Shown in pieces: positions 27,356-36,954 of a DNA stretch of 64,000 nucleotides. Within the stretch, counting starts at the first letter, position 1, and each line of letters opens with the position of its first letter. A model generated the notes under the pieces. It saw only the letters and a list, made by a program, of their open reading frames with translations. It was not told the origin of the DNA and ran no database searches. Source of the stretch: an uncultured bacterium (lineage in GTDB: Bacteria > Patescibacteriota > Saccharimonadia > Saccharimonadales > UBA4665); the NCBI GenBank assembly GCA_963721475.1, contig CAVRJI010000002.1, positions 593,451 through 657,450 on the forward strand. The letters are read 5' to 3'. The position numbers and the translations under genes are program-made.

Positions 27356-28120
27356 ATGCATATGCAAGAACCAATTCTCATTGTCAAAAACCTACAAAAA
27401 TCCTATGACAACAAGAAAGTTGTTAATGGCATCAGTTTTGATGTAAAAAAGGGAGAAATCTTCGGCATCCTTGGACCAAACGGTGCAGGCAAAACGACGA
27501 CCCTGGAGATGATTGAAGCCTTGCGCCCTATCGACGGCGGTACCGCCCATATTGACGGTGTTGACGTCGCCCAGCACCCCTACAAAGTGCGGGCCATGAT
27601 TGGGGTTCAGCCCCAGAGCCCGGCTTTTCAGGACAAAACCAAACTTTCGGAATTGATCGAAATGTTTGCATCGGCATATGGCGAAAAGGTGAACGTCAAA
27701 GAGTTCCTGGATGATGTTAACTTGGCCGAAAAAGCCAATAGCTACGTCGAAAACCTTTCGGGTGGCCAGAAGCAGCGCTTTAGCATCGCTGCCGCACTGG
27801 TTCATAGTCCCAAGGTATTTTTTATGGATGAGCCCACCACAGGCCTCGACCCACAAGCCCGTCGCCACCTATGGGACCTTGTTCGCCAGGTTCGGGACAG
27901 AGGAATTAGCGTTATCCTAACCACTCACTACATGGATGAAGCGGAAGTTCTCTGTGACCGTATCGCAGTCATGGACAAGGGCGACATCATTGCACTGGAT
28001 ACACCACAAAATCTGATCAAAGACCTCCTGAGCAGAGGCTTTACCAAAAAACAGCATGTTGAGCAGGCTAATCTTGAAGATGTGTTTATCGACTTAACTG
28101 GCAAAGAACTGAGAGGATAA
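27356..28120 (+). CDS. ABC transporter ATP-binding protein
   Basis: Walker A GPNGAGKTT, signature LSGGQKQR and Walker B VFFMDEPT. An alternative start at 27362 fits TGcTATACT at 27345-27353. Confidence 0.9.
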   Translation: MHMQEPILIVKNLQKSYDNKKVVNGISFDVKKGEIFGILGPNGAGKTTTLEMIEALRPIDGGTAHIDGVDVAQHPYKVRAMIGVQPQSPAFQDKTKLSELIEMFASAYGEKVNVKEFLDDVNLAEKANSYVENLSGGQKQRFSIAAALVHSPKVFFMDEPTTGLDPQARRHLWDLVRQVRDRGISVILTTHYMDEAEVLCDRIAVMDKGDIIALDTPQNLIKDLLSRGFTKKQHVEQANLEDVFIDLTGKELRG

Positions 28121-28125
28121 GTCGC

Positions 28126-29238
28126 ATGCAACGCAAGCTATACACCGTATCGACATTCGTAAAAATTAATACCAAGCGCTTTTTCCGCGATAAGACGGCA
28201 ATCTTCTTTACGGTTGCATTTCCGCTGATCTTTTTGTTTGTCTTTGGCGGCATTTTTGGGAACAACACAGATGTCTCATTCAAAGTGGCGGTTCTCAATG
28301 AATCCAGCACGAGCGTCGCAAAGGACTTTGCCAAAGAGATCAAGAGCCAGGGCAAGCTTTTTGAAGTTTCTGATGACATCAAGACGCTCGATGCAGCCAA
28401 CGAAAAGATGAGCCGCGGCGAACTTGACGCTGCTATTGTACTGCCCAAAGATTTCGGTACTATCAAGCAGCGTCAGACAGTCCCAAGTGGTGCTGCGGTC
28501 ATTCGCTACACCGAAAATAACAAACAAGCTGCACAAACCCTCGGCTCGGTGCTGGACGTCATGTTCAAGGACATAAACGGGAAGTACGTCAAGACGGACA
28601 TGCCGTTTACCGTCCGCTCAGAGCAGACAAACGAGCGGAGCCTGTCGCCATTTGATTACACCTTTGCTGGCTTGCTAGGTTTCTCCATTATTGGCCTTGG
28701 CATTTTTGGCCCCATCAATGTCTTCCCGGAGCTAAAAAAGCAAGGCATCTTGCGACGTCTACACACGACTCCGCTCCGGGTTTGGCAGTACTTCCTGTCA
28801 ACCATGGCATCGCAAGCAATCATTGGCCTCTTTACGATGATTGTTATGTTTACGGTCGCCATGACTGTTTTTGATCTGAGAGTCGTGGGCAATATATTTG
28901 AGCTTGCCTTATTCCTGGTGGCCGGTATCGTTATGATCTTGGGTATTGGTCTGGCAATCGGTGGCTGGGCCAAGAATGAGCGCCAAGCGGCCCCGTTGGC
29001 CAACATTGTGGTATTCCCAATGATGTTCCTGAGCGGCACTTTTTTCCCACGCTTTATCATGCCTGAATGGCTTCAGAACGTTACTGCCTGGATCCCGCTA
29101 ACCCCAGTCATCGACGGCATCCGCCTGATAACGACCGAAGGCAAGGGGCTGCTTGAAATCCTTCCACAAGTTGGCATGGTATGCGGCTGGGCGATTGTGA
29201 TATATTTGATCGCCTTCCGTGTTTTCCGCTGGGAATAG
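28126..29238 (+). CDS. ABC-2 type transporter permease
   Basis: 370 aa. One N-terminal TM helix, a large loop, then 5 C-terminal TM helices. Adjacent to the ATPase. Confidence 0.8.
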   Translation: MQRKLYTVSTFVKINTKRFFRDKTAIFFTVAFPLIFLFVFGGIFGNNTDVSFKVAVLNESSTSVAKDFAKEIKSQGKLFEVSDDIKTLDAANEKMSRGELDAAIVLPKDFGTIKQRQTVPSGAAVIRYTENNKQAAQTLGSVLDVMFKDINGKYVKTDMPFTVRSEQTNERSLSPFDYTFAGLLGFSIIGLGIFGPINVFPELKKQGILRRLHTTPLRVWQYFLSTMASQAIIGLFTMIVMFTVAMTVFDLRVVGNIFELALFLVAGIVMILGIGLAIGGWAKNERQAAPLANIVVFPMMFLSGTFFPRFIMPEWLQNVTAWIPLTPVIDGIRLITTEGKGLLEILPQVGMVCGWAIVIYLIAFRVFRWE

Positions 29239-29290
29239 CCGGTAAATTAATTCTGCTTACTGCGGTTAAAACTGCTACAATATCTGTACT

Positions 29291-30145
29291 ATGGGTGGAC
29301 ACAAAGCTATCGCTCGTCGTGGCAACTGGATACTTTCGACTGAAATCGTTATCGAAGCGATCATTGTCGGCGTTGGTTTCTTCGAAGCGGTGCTGTTTAT
29401 TTTGGGATCACTGACAGGGACTGTGCCGCCCGTTACACTGGGCATCGCAGCATTATACTTTGCGATTCCTTATAACTTGTTGATTATTGGCATGGGCATG
29501 TCAGGCCAGATATTACACATGTCGACTCGCCGAAAAACCTGGGGCGTGCTGTTGCTAAACGCTCCGTTTATGGGCTATCTGCTCTGGCAGGGGACGGCCC
29601 CGGCAAATTATTGTTTATTGGCACTGGTTACACTAGGCTTGCTCTTTAATATGCCCAAAGTGCATATTCGGACTATTCCGGGCGTTGATGTGGTTGGCAT
29701 GGCGCTGTTTCTGGCGGGGCCATTCGTCTACGGTGCTCTCTTGGCCGATGTAGGTGGCATATGGTGGCTTGCCGCTTGGCTATCGGTAGTGTTAGTGGCC
29801 GCTGCGAACTATCTTATGTACAAGCTCCCCATGATTGGCTTGGAGCGAACATTGCACGTTGACAGTACCGACGCCCGTCTGGGCCTTGAACGTAGCCTGA
29901 TGGCGAGCATTGGCATGTACATTGTGGCGGCGCTATTGCCAATCTTTGCCTATGGCTTGTGGGGTATACCAGCAACAATCCTGATCTTGTGGTATGTATT
30001 GATTGCCTTCCAAGCTATTCCATATCGGATGCTCGCAGGAGCTGCGGGACTATACCGCGTATGGCAGGCAATCTGGTGGCTTAACTATCCAATCGGCATT
30101 ATATTAGGTGCCTATGCCTGGTACTTAATTGTTGCTAAAGCATGA
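29291..30145 (+). CDS. polytopic membrane protein (8-9 TM), function unknown
   Basis: 284 aa, almost entirely hydrophobic helices. TGcTACAAT lies 9 nt upstream of the ATG. Confidence 0.6.
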   Translation: MGGHKAIARRGNWILSTEIVIEAIIVGVGFFEAVLFILGSLTGTVPPVTLGIAALYFAIPYNLLIIGMGMSGQILHMSTRRKTWGVLLLNAPFMGYLLWQGTAPANYCLLALVTLGLLFNMPKVHIRTIPGVDVVGMALFLAGPFVYGALLADVGGIWWLAAWLSVVLVAAANYLMYKLPMIGLERTLHVDSTDARLGLERSLMASIGMYIVAALLPIFAYGLWGIPATILILWYVLIAFQAIPYRMLAGAAGLYRVWQAIWWLNYPIGIILGAYAWYLIVAKA

Positions 30146-30220
30146 GCTTCTTAAACCAGCATAAATATGGTATAATAATAGCCAGATAGGCACGCCACAT
30201 ACGGCGTGCTTGCCAAAAGT

Positions 30221-31174
30221 ATGAATATTCTGGAATCACTCCCAAGGCCATTTTTTGTATTAGCACCGATGGACGATGTTACCGATACGGTTTTTCGTCG
30301 TATGATCGCTGATTGCGCGCCACCAGATTTGTTTTTTACAGAGTTCGTTAATGTCGATGGGCTACAGAGTCCTGGCCGCCCTCACTTGCTCAAAAAGATT
30401 CGATATACCGAACAGGAGCGCCCGATTGTTGCTCAAATATGGGGTAAAAATCCGGAAAAGTATTTCAAAACTGCGCAAGAACTGGTGGAGATGGGTTTTG
30501 ACGGGATTGACATTAACATGGGCTGCCCAGCCAAGCCTGTGGTCAAAAATGGTTGTTGCAGTGCTCTGATCGAGAACCGTCCGCTGGCACTAGAAATTAT
30601 TCAGGCCGTTCGGGAAGGGGCTGCGGGACGAATACCAGTCAGTGTCAAAACTCGTCTTGGCTTCAAAAAGGTGGACCTTAGCTGGCACGAATTCTTGCTT
30701 CAGCAAAATCTTAACATGTTAACGATTCATGGCCGAACCCAGAAGGAAATGAGCTTGGTTCCAGCGAACTGGGAATTGATCGGTGAAGTTCGCAAGCTGC
30801 GTGATAGCTTAGCCCCCCAAACACTGATCGTTGGTAACGGCGATGTCGAAAGCCGCCAACAGGGCGAACAATTAGCAGCGGAGCATCAACTCGACGGCAT
30901 TATGATTGGACGCGGTATTTTTCATGATCCATTTTTATTCGCCAAAGAGAGCCCGTGGCCTGGCCATACCAAGCAGCAGCGAGTGGCTTTGTTTGATCGC
31001 CATGTTCGTCTGTTTGTAGAGACCTGGACAGGCGGCGAGCGACCCATTGCACCCCTCAATAAGTTTTGCAAAGTCTACATCCATGATTTTGATGGAGCCA
31101 AAGAACTCAGAGAACAATTAATGGATGCTGAAACTGCCCAAGAACTCCTTGATATTCTCAAAAATCATATGTAG
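30221..31174 (+). CDS. tRNA-dihydrouridine synthase
   Basis: Dus signature FVLAPMDDVTDTVFR and a TIM-barrel region with the catalytic Cys (GCCSAL). The track start at 30206 is a GTG alternative. Confidence 0.85.
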   Translation: MNILESLPRPFFVLAPMDDVTDTVFRRMIADCAPPDLFFTEFVNVDGLQSPGRPHLLKKIRYTEQERPIVAQIWGKNPEKYFKTAQELVEMGFDGIDINMGCPAKPVVKNGCCSALIENRPLALEIIQAVREGAAGRIPVSVKTRLGFKKVDLSWHEFLLQQNLNMLTIHGRTQKEMSLVPANWELIGEVRKLRDSLAPQTLIVGNGDVESRQQGEQLAAEHQLDGIMIGRGIFHDPFLFAKESPWPGHTKQQRVALFDRHVRLFVETWTGGERPIAPLNKFCKVYIHDFDGAKELREQLMDAETAQELLDILKNHM

Positions 31175-31215
31175 ATAGGTAGAACTGCCTCTCTCACTGG
31201 GGTATACTAATCTGT

Positions 31216-32139
31216 ATGATAAAAGCAGAACACCTCGGCAAGCGCTACCGCAAGAAGGTGGCCGTTGATGACATATCTTTTGAGGTTGAAACCGGTAAAG
31301 TTACCGGATTTTTAGGTCCAAACGGCGCAGGCAAGTCGACAACAATGCGCCTGATGCTTGGCCTTGATAACGGAGCTGGCAAAACAACCTTTGACGGCAA
31401 ACTTCTGCACGAATACCATCAGCCGTCTAAAGCGGTTGGTATTTTGCTCGAAGCGAAGGCGTTCCATCCAACTCGCATTGCCCGGACTCATCTTGAGGTA
31501 TTGGCAGCAGCTGGCGGTATTGACTCTGCTCGGGTAGACGAAGTGCTAGACGTCGTTGGCCTCAGCGACGCTGCCAAGCGCCGGCCCGGCAAGTTTTCCC
31601 TCGGTATGAGCCAGCGCCTTGGCATTGCAGCCGCTATTTTGGGCAAGCCAAAGTATCTCTTGCTGGACGAGCCAGCCAATGGTCTTGACCCAGAGGGCAT
31701 CGCATGGCTTAGGGCCTTCATCAAGGACTATGCCGCCCAGGGCAATGCGGTCTTTATTTCCTCACACCTGCTCAGTGAAATGTCACAGATGGCCGACAAC
31801 ATTGTCGTCATCGGCAAGGGGAAGCTCATTGCAAGCACCACAATGCAAGGCATTATATCGGGTAGTTCGCATTCAAGTGTTTTTGCTCGTGTATCCGACG
31901 CCAGTGCACTCAAGAAACTGCTCGGCGCCACTCAGTATGAAGTGAGTGAACAGAACGATGGTCTGCAGATTGTTGGAGCTAAAACAGATGAAATTGGTAA
32001 GTTGGCTTTTGATGGTGGTATCACCATTCTGGAGCTTACAAATCACCGCGCATCACTTGAAGACGCCTTCCTTGAGCTGACTGAAAACGCCCAAGAATAC
32101 CAGAGCCACGCAGCCAAAGAAGAGGAGATAAAGAAATGA
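31216..32139 (+). CDS. ABC transporter ATP-binding protein
   Basis: Walker A GPNGAGKST, signature-like FSLGMSQR and Walker B LLLDEPANGLD. Confidence 0.9.
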   Translation: MIKAEHLGKRYRKKVAVDDISFEVETGKVTGFLGPNGAGKSTTMRLMLGLDNGAGKTTFDGKLLHEYHQPSKAVGILLEAKAFHPTRIARTHLEVLAAAGGIDSARVDEVLDVVGLSDAAKRRPGKFSLGMSQRLGIAAAILGKPKYLLLDEPANGLDPEGIAWLRAFIKDYAAQGNAVFISSHLLSEMSQMADNIVVIGKGKLIASTTMQGIISGSSHSSVFARVSDASALKKLLGATQYEVSEQNDGLQIVGAKTDEIGKLAFDGGITILELTNHRASLEDAFLELTENAQEYQSHAAKEEEIKK

Positions 32140-32879
32140 TCCCGGCTCTTAAATCTGAATTTCGTAAACTTTTAAGCATTCGATCGACATACCTTATCAG
32201 TCTGTTGAGCATTGCCCTAGTAGCTTTCTTCTCGTTCTATATCGAGGGTCTTCGCGGGGCCGATAACGCGCTGATTGGCAGCAAGCTCCAGAATGAAATT
32301 TTGAGTAGCGCTGGCTTGATGCCAGTATTTGGGTCGCTCGTGGCAATCTTGCTGGTTGCTCACGAATATCGTTACAACACTATTATGTACACGCTCACGA
32401 GTATTAATCGCCGCAGTAAGGTGTTATTGGCTAAGATCCTCGCGCTTACTGTCTATACTATCGTGTTTGTAGCGGCTGGTATCGCCATTGGTGTTGCTGC
32501 GATGTACATTGGATTGGGTATTAAGGATATCAGCCTGGTGACGCAATACGTCGACTGGGCAGATGTTGCTTGGCGCGTTGCTTTCTATTCACTAGCTTAT
32601 GTACTATTCGGTTTTATTCTTGGCGTGCTTTTACGCAATGTCGTAGGCGCTATTGTGACATTGTTTATCTTGCCAAGCACGGCAGAGCCGTTACTGGGTT
32701 TGTTGCTCAAGGAGAACGCAAAGTACTTGCCGCTAACTTCACTAGAGAGGGTAATTAGTCCTGGGCCTGTGGCTCCTGGCGACTTGGGCCATGCCGCCGC
32801 CGCTGGTGTTTTTGCACTGTACTTGGCAATTGCGGGCGTAGTAGCCTGGATACTCTTCTTGAAGCGTGACGCTAATTAA
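32136..32879 (+). CDS. ABC-2 type permease
   Basis: 247 aa with 6 TM helices. ATGA overlap with the ATPase gene. Confidence 0.75.
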   Translation: MIPALKSEFRKLLSIRSTYLISLLSIALVAFFSFYIEGLRGADNALIGSKLQNEILSSAGLMPVFGSLVAILLVAHEYRYNTIMYTLTSINRRSKVLLAKILALTVYTIVFVAAGIAIGVAAMYIGLGIKDISLVTQYVDWADVAWRVAFYSLAYVLFGFILGVLLRNVVGAIVTLFILPSTAEPLLGLLLKENAKYLPLTSLERVISPGPVAPGDLGHAAAAGVFALYLAIAGVVAWILFLKRDAN

Positions 32880-32887
32880 CTACGAGA

Positions 32888-33511
32888 CTACACGCGATTC
32901 TTGTTGGGGCGAACGAGGCCGGATGACCACTCAATAATGCGGTCGCCAGGGTCAAGGGCGTGTACGCCGCGCAGTAGCCATTCGGCGGCAACGCGCTTTT
33001 TATAGCGACTCGAAGCTACAAACGCCTCGGCGTGCGCACGCTGAGCTTGTGTACCGTGCAGTAAAAGCTCTTCGGCTGAAACAGGTACAAGGCGGCCCTT
33101 AAAGCCATATCGTTCGAAGCTTTTCGCAGCGCGTGGAAGGAAGGTCTTTGAGGCAATCAGGGTGAAATCACCCTCGATTTCATATGCCTCGACAAGCTGA
33201 GCAACCGAGCGTGCACTGGTCGTTGTATTGTGGCAATTTTCATCAATGTATGTCGTGGTCAAAGAATTTGCAGCTGTATAGTGCTGCATAAAGTGGTCAT
33301 CCATGGCCTTTGCTTCGGTGCGACCGCCAGCGACCAGGCCACCCGAAAATATAACGCTTGATGGCTCGTTTGTCATCGCTAGGACAGCCACGGCGTTGAC
33401 CCGCATGATGGTTTCTTTTGATAATTGAGGATGGCTACTGTGTACTGTGGCAGGTTCCCAGTTGCCAGCAGGCACAATAATATTTCGGGGAAGTTCAGAA
33501 GGCGATATCAT
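32888..33511 (-). CDS. DUF218/YdcF-family protein
   Basis: 207 aa with the SGG...(T/S)EA core (IFSGGLVAGGRTEAKAMDD) typical of the DUF218 fold. Confidence 0.65.
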   Translation of the reverse strand: MISPSELPRNIIVPAGNWEPATVHSSHPQLSKETIMRVNAVAVLAMTNEPSSVIFSGGLVAGGRTEAKAMDDHFMQHYTAANSLTTTYIDENCHNTTTSARSVAQLVEAYEIEGDFTLIASKTFLPRAAKSFERYGFKGRLVPVSAEELLLHGTQAQRAHAEAFVASSRYKKRVAAEWLLRGVHALDPGDRIIEWSSGLVRPNKNRV

Positions 33512-33569
33512 AGATACTAGTTATACCACGGCTATTTGATCCGAAGAAATAAACTAGAAAGGACGTGCC

Positions 33570-34691
33570 ATGTATTCTTTCGCAGATGCTTCACAAGATT
33601 ATCGTATTGCCTCACACCAGGCAGAGACTTTTAACCAAAGCCATGACCTTGGGATTATCTTGCCTGCTGATCGCACCGCCAAGGATGCACAGTCAGCCCT
33701 TGAGGCTATAGGCCAGCCGGGGTTGGTCTATGTAGAGATGCCATCCTATGAGCAAGAGCGTGTCAGCTCGAATGCCGAAGGGCCCGTAGTCCATTGTGCG
33801 GGTAACGTGCGGGGCCCGGGCGTACCAACCCTCCTACAGGAAATGCCTTACAGCAGTTTGTATTTCCGCGAGCTGCGGCGCCAAGAACCTGTTCATTTTG
33901 CCGCCATGGAGGCCAACGTTCTTGAAGCAGTCAATGGTACGCCGATTGAGTATACGACTCATCTGTTCTTTGGCTTGCTAGCTCGAGAATGCCTATTTGT
34001 GCCCGGTGACGCTCACGATGGGCAACTGCTGCCTTCTGCGGTTCAGGAATTGCCATGGCGCATTAATCGGGCAGGGCGATTGGATATACTCAATCCGCAT
34101 ATATTGTCCAGTGAAATCCAAAGGCAAGTAAGAACTGCGGTTAATGACCGACACGACATGAACCGTTTCCGCGACGTAGCCCTCGTGAACAATATTGTCG
34201 AGTTAGAAGACAGACCTTACCGCCAAGCGATGGGGGTTGCAGCAGACGCAGTATTACCAAGCTATATTATTCGGGGTAACGCCCATAGGCGAAGCCTAGA
34301 AGCTACGTTAACTGACCAGCGCCTTGACTACAAACTATGCCTATACGATCCGCCAAAAGATGGCACAGTGATTGCTGCCACGTTTGCACCCAATCAACAT
34401 ACCGACGATGAATATGTTCGAACAATCACCAACCTACTCCAAACGATGCTCCAGGCCAAAGAAGTAAGCCCCTTCCATGCCGAGGCTTGCGAGCCACTCG
34501 CTGAGAAAATGCGGAAAATCGGCGTTCTTGCTAGCCGGTCACCCGCAATCCTTGATAGGGTTAGAGAGCTGCTGATAGCGAGCCACGAAAAGCAGGACGG
34601 CGGGCGACTGAGAGCCTGGGCGCAGCGAAAACGCTTTAAAAAGATGGCGATGGCCGTACTCCAGATGTGTGATCAAGAGCAGCCAATCTAA
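33570..34691 (+). CDS. hypothetical protein (orphan)
   Basis: 373-aa uninterrupted ORF with AAAGGA upstream and no recognised motif. Confidence 0.6.
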   Translation: MYSFADASQDYRIASHQAETFNQSHDLGIILPADRTAKDAQSALEAIGQPGLVYVEMPSYEQERVSSNAEGPVVHCAGNVRGPGVPTLLQEMPYSSLYFRELRRQEPVHFAAMEANVLEAVNGTPIEYTTHLFFGLLARECLFVPGDAHDGQLLPSAVQELPWRINRAGRLDILNPHILSSEIQRQVRTAVNDRHDMNRFRDVALVNNIVELEDRPYRQAMGVAADAVLPSYIIRGNAHRRSLEATLTDQRLDYKLCLYDPPKDGTVIAATFAPNQHTDDEYVRTITNLLQTMLQAKEVSPFHAEACEPLAEKMRKIGVLASRSPAILDRVRELLIASHEKQDGGRLRAWAQRKRFKKMAMAVLQMCDQEQPI

Positions 34692-34752
34692 CTGGCATGT
34701 TGTTTATAAGACGAGACGTAAAGGAGTGTTGCATGACGTATAGTTATACCTT

Positions 34753-35352
34753 ATGAGATTACATGATATTGATGCCCAGTTAACCTCAGGCGAAGCTGAC
34801 TGGATGCTCCAGGCCAGCCTTGTTGATGCTCCAGAATGTCTATATCTTGCCGCGGTTGGCCAGCGCGTACTGGACGCCAGGGCAGCACGCGCCGCTCGCC
34901 ATCAGGTAACTGGAGAAAAATTCTTTACGCTCGAAAAAGCCCGACAAAACGATTTTAGCCGGGTGCAGCTGGGAATACAAATGGTACCAGCGCAGGACTT
35001 GGAGCGTGAGCTGTACACCTTGCCTGACGGCACCGAAATGCCCGCGCTAGGCATTACTATGACCTCATATGAGCAGGTGCAGATAATGGGATACGCAGTT
35101 GAAGGTTTTAAGGTTGCACGGGGAGGGCTAGCACGTAGTTGCAGCCTCCAAATGCAACGCGGCTTTAGCGACATACCAACACTGATCAAATCTGGAGATA
35201 TCGAGACTGCTTTGACACAAGCCAACGAATTGCATAGAAGCGGCAGGGCAATCGGTGTTGGCCCTCTCTTTTTTGAAACACTTGCCATGGCTAATGCAAC
35301 AAGAGGTGTTATTCGTGCAATTTCCCAGAATATGCGAGGGGATTCGCGGTAG
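34753..35352 (+). CDS. hypothetical protein, paralog A of a tandem pair
   Basis: 199 aa. Shares N-terminal (EADW...VGQRVLDAR) and C-terminal (GVIRAISQNM) blocks with the next ORF. Confidence 0.6.
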   Translation: MRLHDIDAQLTSGEADWMLQASLVDAPECLYLAAVGQRVLDARAARAARHQVTGEKFFTLEKARQNDFSRVQLGIQMVPAQDLERELYTLPDGTEMPALGITMTSYEQVQIMGYAVEGFKVARGGLARSCSLQMQRGFSDIPTLIKSGDIETALTQANELHRSGRAIGVGPLFFETLAMANATRGVIRAISQNMRGDSR

Positions 35353-35390
35353 TTTGCGCGTATAAACTTTATATAGTATAATATGTTTCT

Positions 35391-36050
35391 ATGAAACTAG
35401 ATGGAGAACGAGCTCAGGTAAGTATGAGCGAGGCGGATTGGTTTATATATACTGCCTGCAGCCCGGATAGATGCGAAACCATGGAGATGGTCGGGCAGCG
35501 TGTTCTGGATGCTCGCATTCAGAATGCTGCTTCACACATTCCACTGCTTGATGTTTTTCCGACGGTTGCAGGCTTGATGTCTGCCAGCACCCAGAGCACA
35601 ACTCAATATGTCATGGAAAATAGCAGGCTCCAGGAACGGCTCGGACCCATCCGGGCGTTCGAAGAGGCCACCTATGGTGTCGATGGAGCTGAACAAGTCG
35701 CCTTTGCCTTTGATCTTACGAGAGAAGAGCAATACAAGGTGTTACTGAGTGCGGTCAAGGCGCAAGAGCTAGCAGCTGAAAGCCTCGGAGATTTTACCAA
35801 CCCGACAGCACTGGATCCAGGTGATGTCGCAGAGCTTGAGGCAGAGATTGCTGCGAATGGCAGCGAATCATTCGAACTTACCGTGGCAGATGAATTTGGC
35901 GTTGAGGTTGCATTCGAAGTCGAAGACAATTTGGATGATCCCGCAGTGCAGGCATATTGGGGTGAGGTGCACTTTAAGGAAGCCTTGGCTAAGCAGAGTG
36001 TTACGAGCGGCATAGTCACTGCTATACGGGATAATTTACACCGTTCTTAG
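35391..36050 (+). CDS. hypothetical protein, paralog B of a tandem pair
   Basis: 219 aa with N-terminal SEADW...VGQRVLDAR and C-terminal GIVTAIRDNL blocks. The middle region is acidic and divergent. Confidence 0.6.
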   Translation: MKLDGERAQVSMSEADWFIYTACSPDRCETMEMVGQRVLDARIQNAASHIPLLDVFPTVAGLMSASTQSTTQYVMENSRLQERLGPIRAFEEATYGVDGAEQVAFAFDLTREEQYKVLLSAVKAQELAAESLGDFTNPTALDPGDVAELEAEIAANGSESFELTVADEFGVEVAFEVEDNLDDPAVQAYWGEVHFKEALAKQSVTSGIVTAIRDNLHRS

Positions 36051-36110
36051 CACCGATGTTCTCTCTAAGATAGCTTGGACCCGACTCGTTCACGACAAGT
36101 CCCAGACCAC

Positions 36111-36142
36111 GAAAAAGACCCAGAAAAAATCTGGGTCTTTTT
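36111..36142. terminator. bidirectional intrinsic terminator
   Basis: 10-bp perfect stem aaagacccag/ctgggtcttt with an A-rich loop, between a + strand CDS and a - strand tRNA. Confidence 0.8.
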
Positions 36143-36144
36143 CG

Positions 36145-36220
36145 TGGTGGGGGCAGCTGGACTTGAACCAGCGACCAATCGGTTATGAGCCGACTGCTCT
36201 AACCACTGAGCTATGCCCCC
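36145..36220 (-). tRNA. tRNA with CAU anticodon, probably tRNA-Ile2 (lysidine-modified) rather than elongator Met
   Basis: 76-nt cloverleaf GGGGGCA...CTCATAA...TGCCCCCACCA with encoded CCA. The variable loop and T-arm TGGTCGCTGGTTCAAGTCCAGC match my recollection of E. coli ileX. Confidence 0.85.
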
Positions 36221-36301
36221 GTGCAGCCTGTGTACAAAAAACTGTGGCTAACAGAGATGAGTATAGCAGATTTTAACACAATATATATAATAGAAGTAGC
36301 G

Positions 36302-36766
36302 ATGCAGCAAAAAATCAAACAGTACATAGAAAAGTTCGATAAATACACTGACCAATTACATGATATGCGAGTGGTGGGTTTGCTGTCGTTTGCTTTGATT
36401 GTGCTTCTGATCAGCTGGAGCGGGGTACGCGCGATTGATACCAACTATGTGCTGCAAAAAGAAATAGCACAGCTTGAGCAGCAAAATCAGGTTCGCCAGC
36501 TCGCCAATAATAACCTCAGACTGCAAAATCAATACTTTAATACCGATCAATATCTTGAGCTTGCTGCCCGCCAAAACTTTGGCTTAGCGAAGCCAGGGGA
36601 GAAAGAAGTCTTAGTGCCGACGAGTGTTGCTTTGGCTCACACAACCGAGCTGGCCAACAGCGAACAGGTGCAGGCGGCCAATACTCGCGCCAAGCAGCCA
36701 GCGTATCAGCGACATTTTCAGGCTTGGATGAACTTTTTCTTACATCGCCAGACGCTTCAGGATTGA
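36302..36766 (+). CDS. ftsB: septum formation initiator (FtsB/DivIC family)
   Basis: Start chosen at MQQKIKQ. One TM helix, a leucine-zipper coiled coil, and the conserved ELAARQNFGLAKPGEKEV block. The track start at 36221 would overlap the tRNA. Confidence 0.75.
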   Translation: MQQKIKQYIEKFDKYTDQLHDMRVVGLLSFALIVLLISWSGVRAIDTNYVLQKEIAQLEQQNQVRQLANNNLRLQNQYFNTDQYLELAARQNFGLAKPGEKEVLVPTSVALAHTTELANSEQVQAANTRAKQPAYQRHFQAWMNFFLHRQTLQD

Positions 36767-36812
36767 CACATATAGTACGCACTGGTACAATAGTACAGTT
36801 CTCAAGAGATAT

Positions 36813-36887
36813 CGCGGGATGGAGCAGCGGCAGCTCGCGTGGCTCATAACCACGAGGTCCCAGGTTCGAGTCCTGGTCCCGCAACCA
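36813..36887 (+). tRNA. initiator tRNA-fMet (CAU)
   Basis: 75-nt cloverleaf with a C1xA72 mismatch. CGCGGGATGGAGCAGC...GGCTCATAACC...CCCGCAACCA closely resembles the E. coli initiator. CCA is encoded. Confidence 0.9.
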
Positions 36888-36901
36888 ATCGAGAATACTA
36901 C

Positions 36902-36925
36902 GGCACCCAAAAGGTGCCTTTTTTA
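36902..36925 (+). terminator. intrinsic terminator after the initiator tRNA
   Basis: Stem ggcacc/ggtgcc with loop caaaa, followed by TTTTTT. Confidence 0.75.
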
Positions 36926-36954
36926 TTACCATCCGTGTAGCATATAATTATAAG

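Noticed and set aside
29291-30145. UbiA-type prenyltransferase assignment for the polytopic membrane protein
   Set aside because: Only a weak DxxD (VDSTDARLG) is present. The two Asp-rich NxxxDxxxD / DxxxD motifs are not both recognisable, so it is left as unknown.
36537-36932. 131-aa minus-strand ORF overlapping the initiator tRNA
   Set aside because: It covers the tRNA gene and its terminator, so it is an artefact of the GC-rich structured tRNA sequence.
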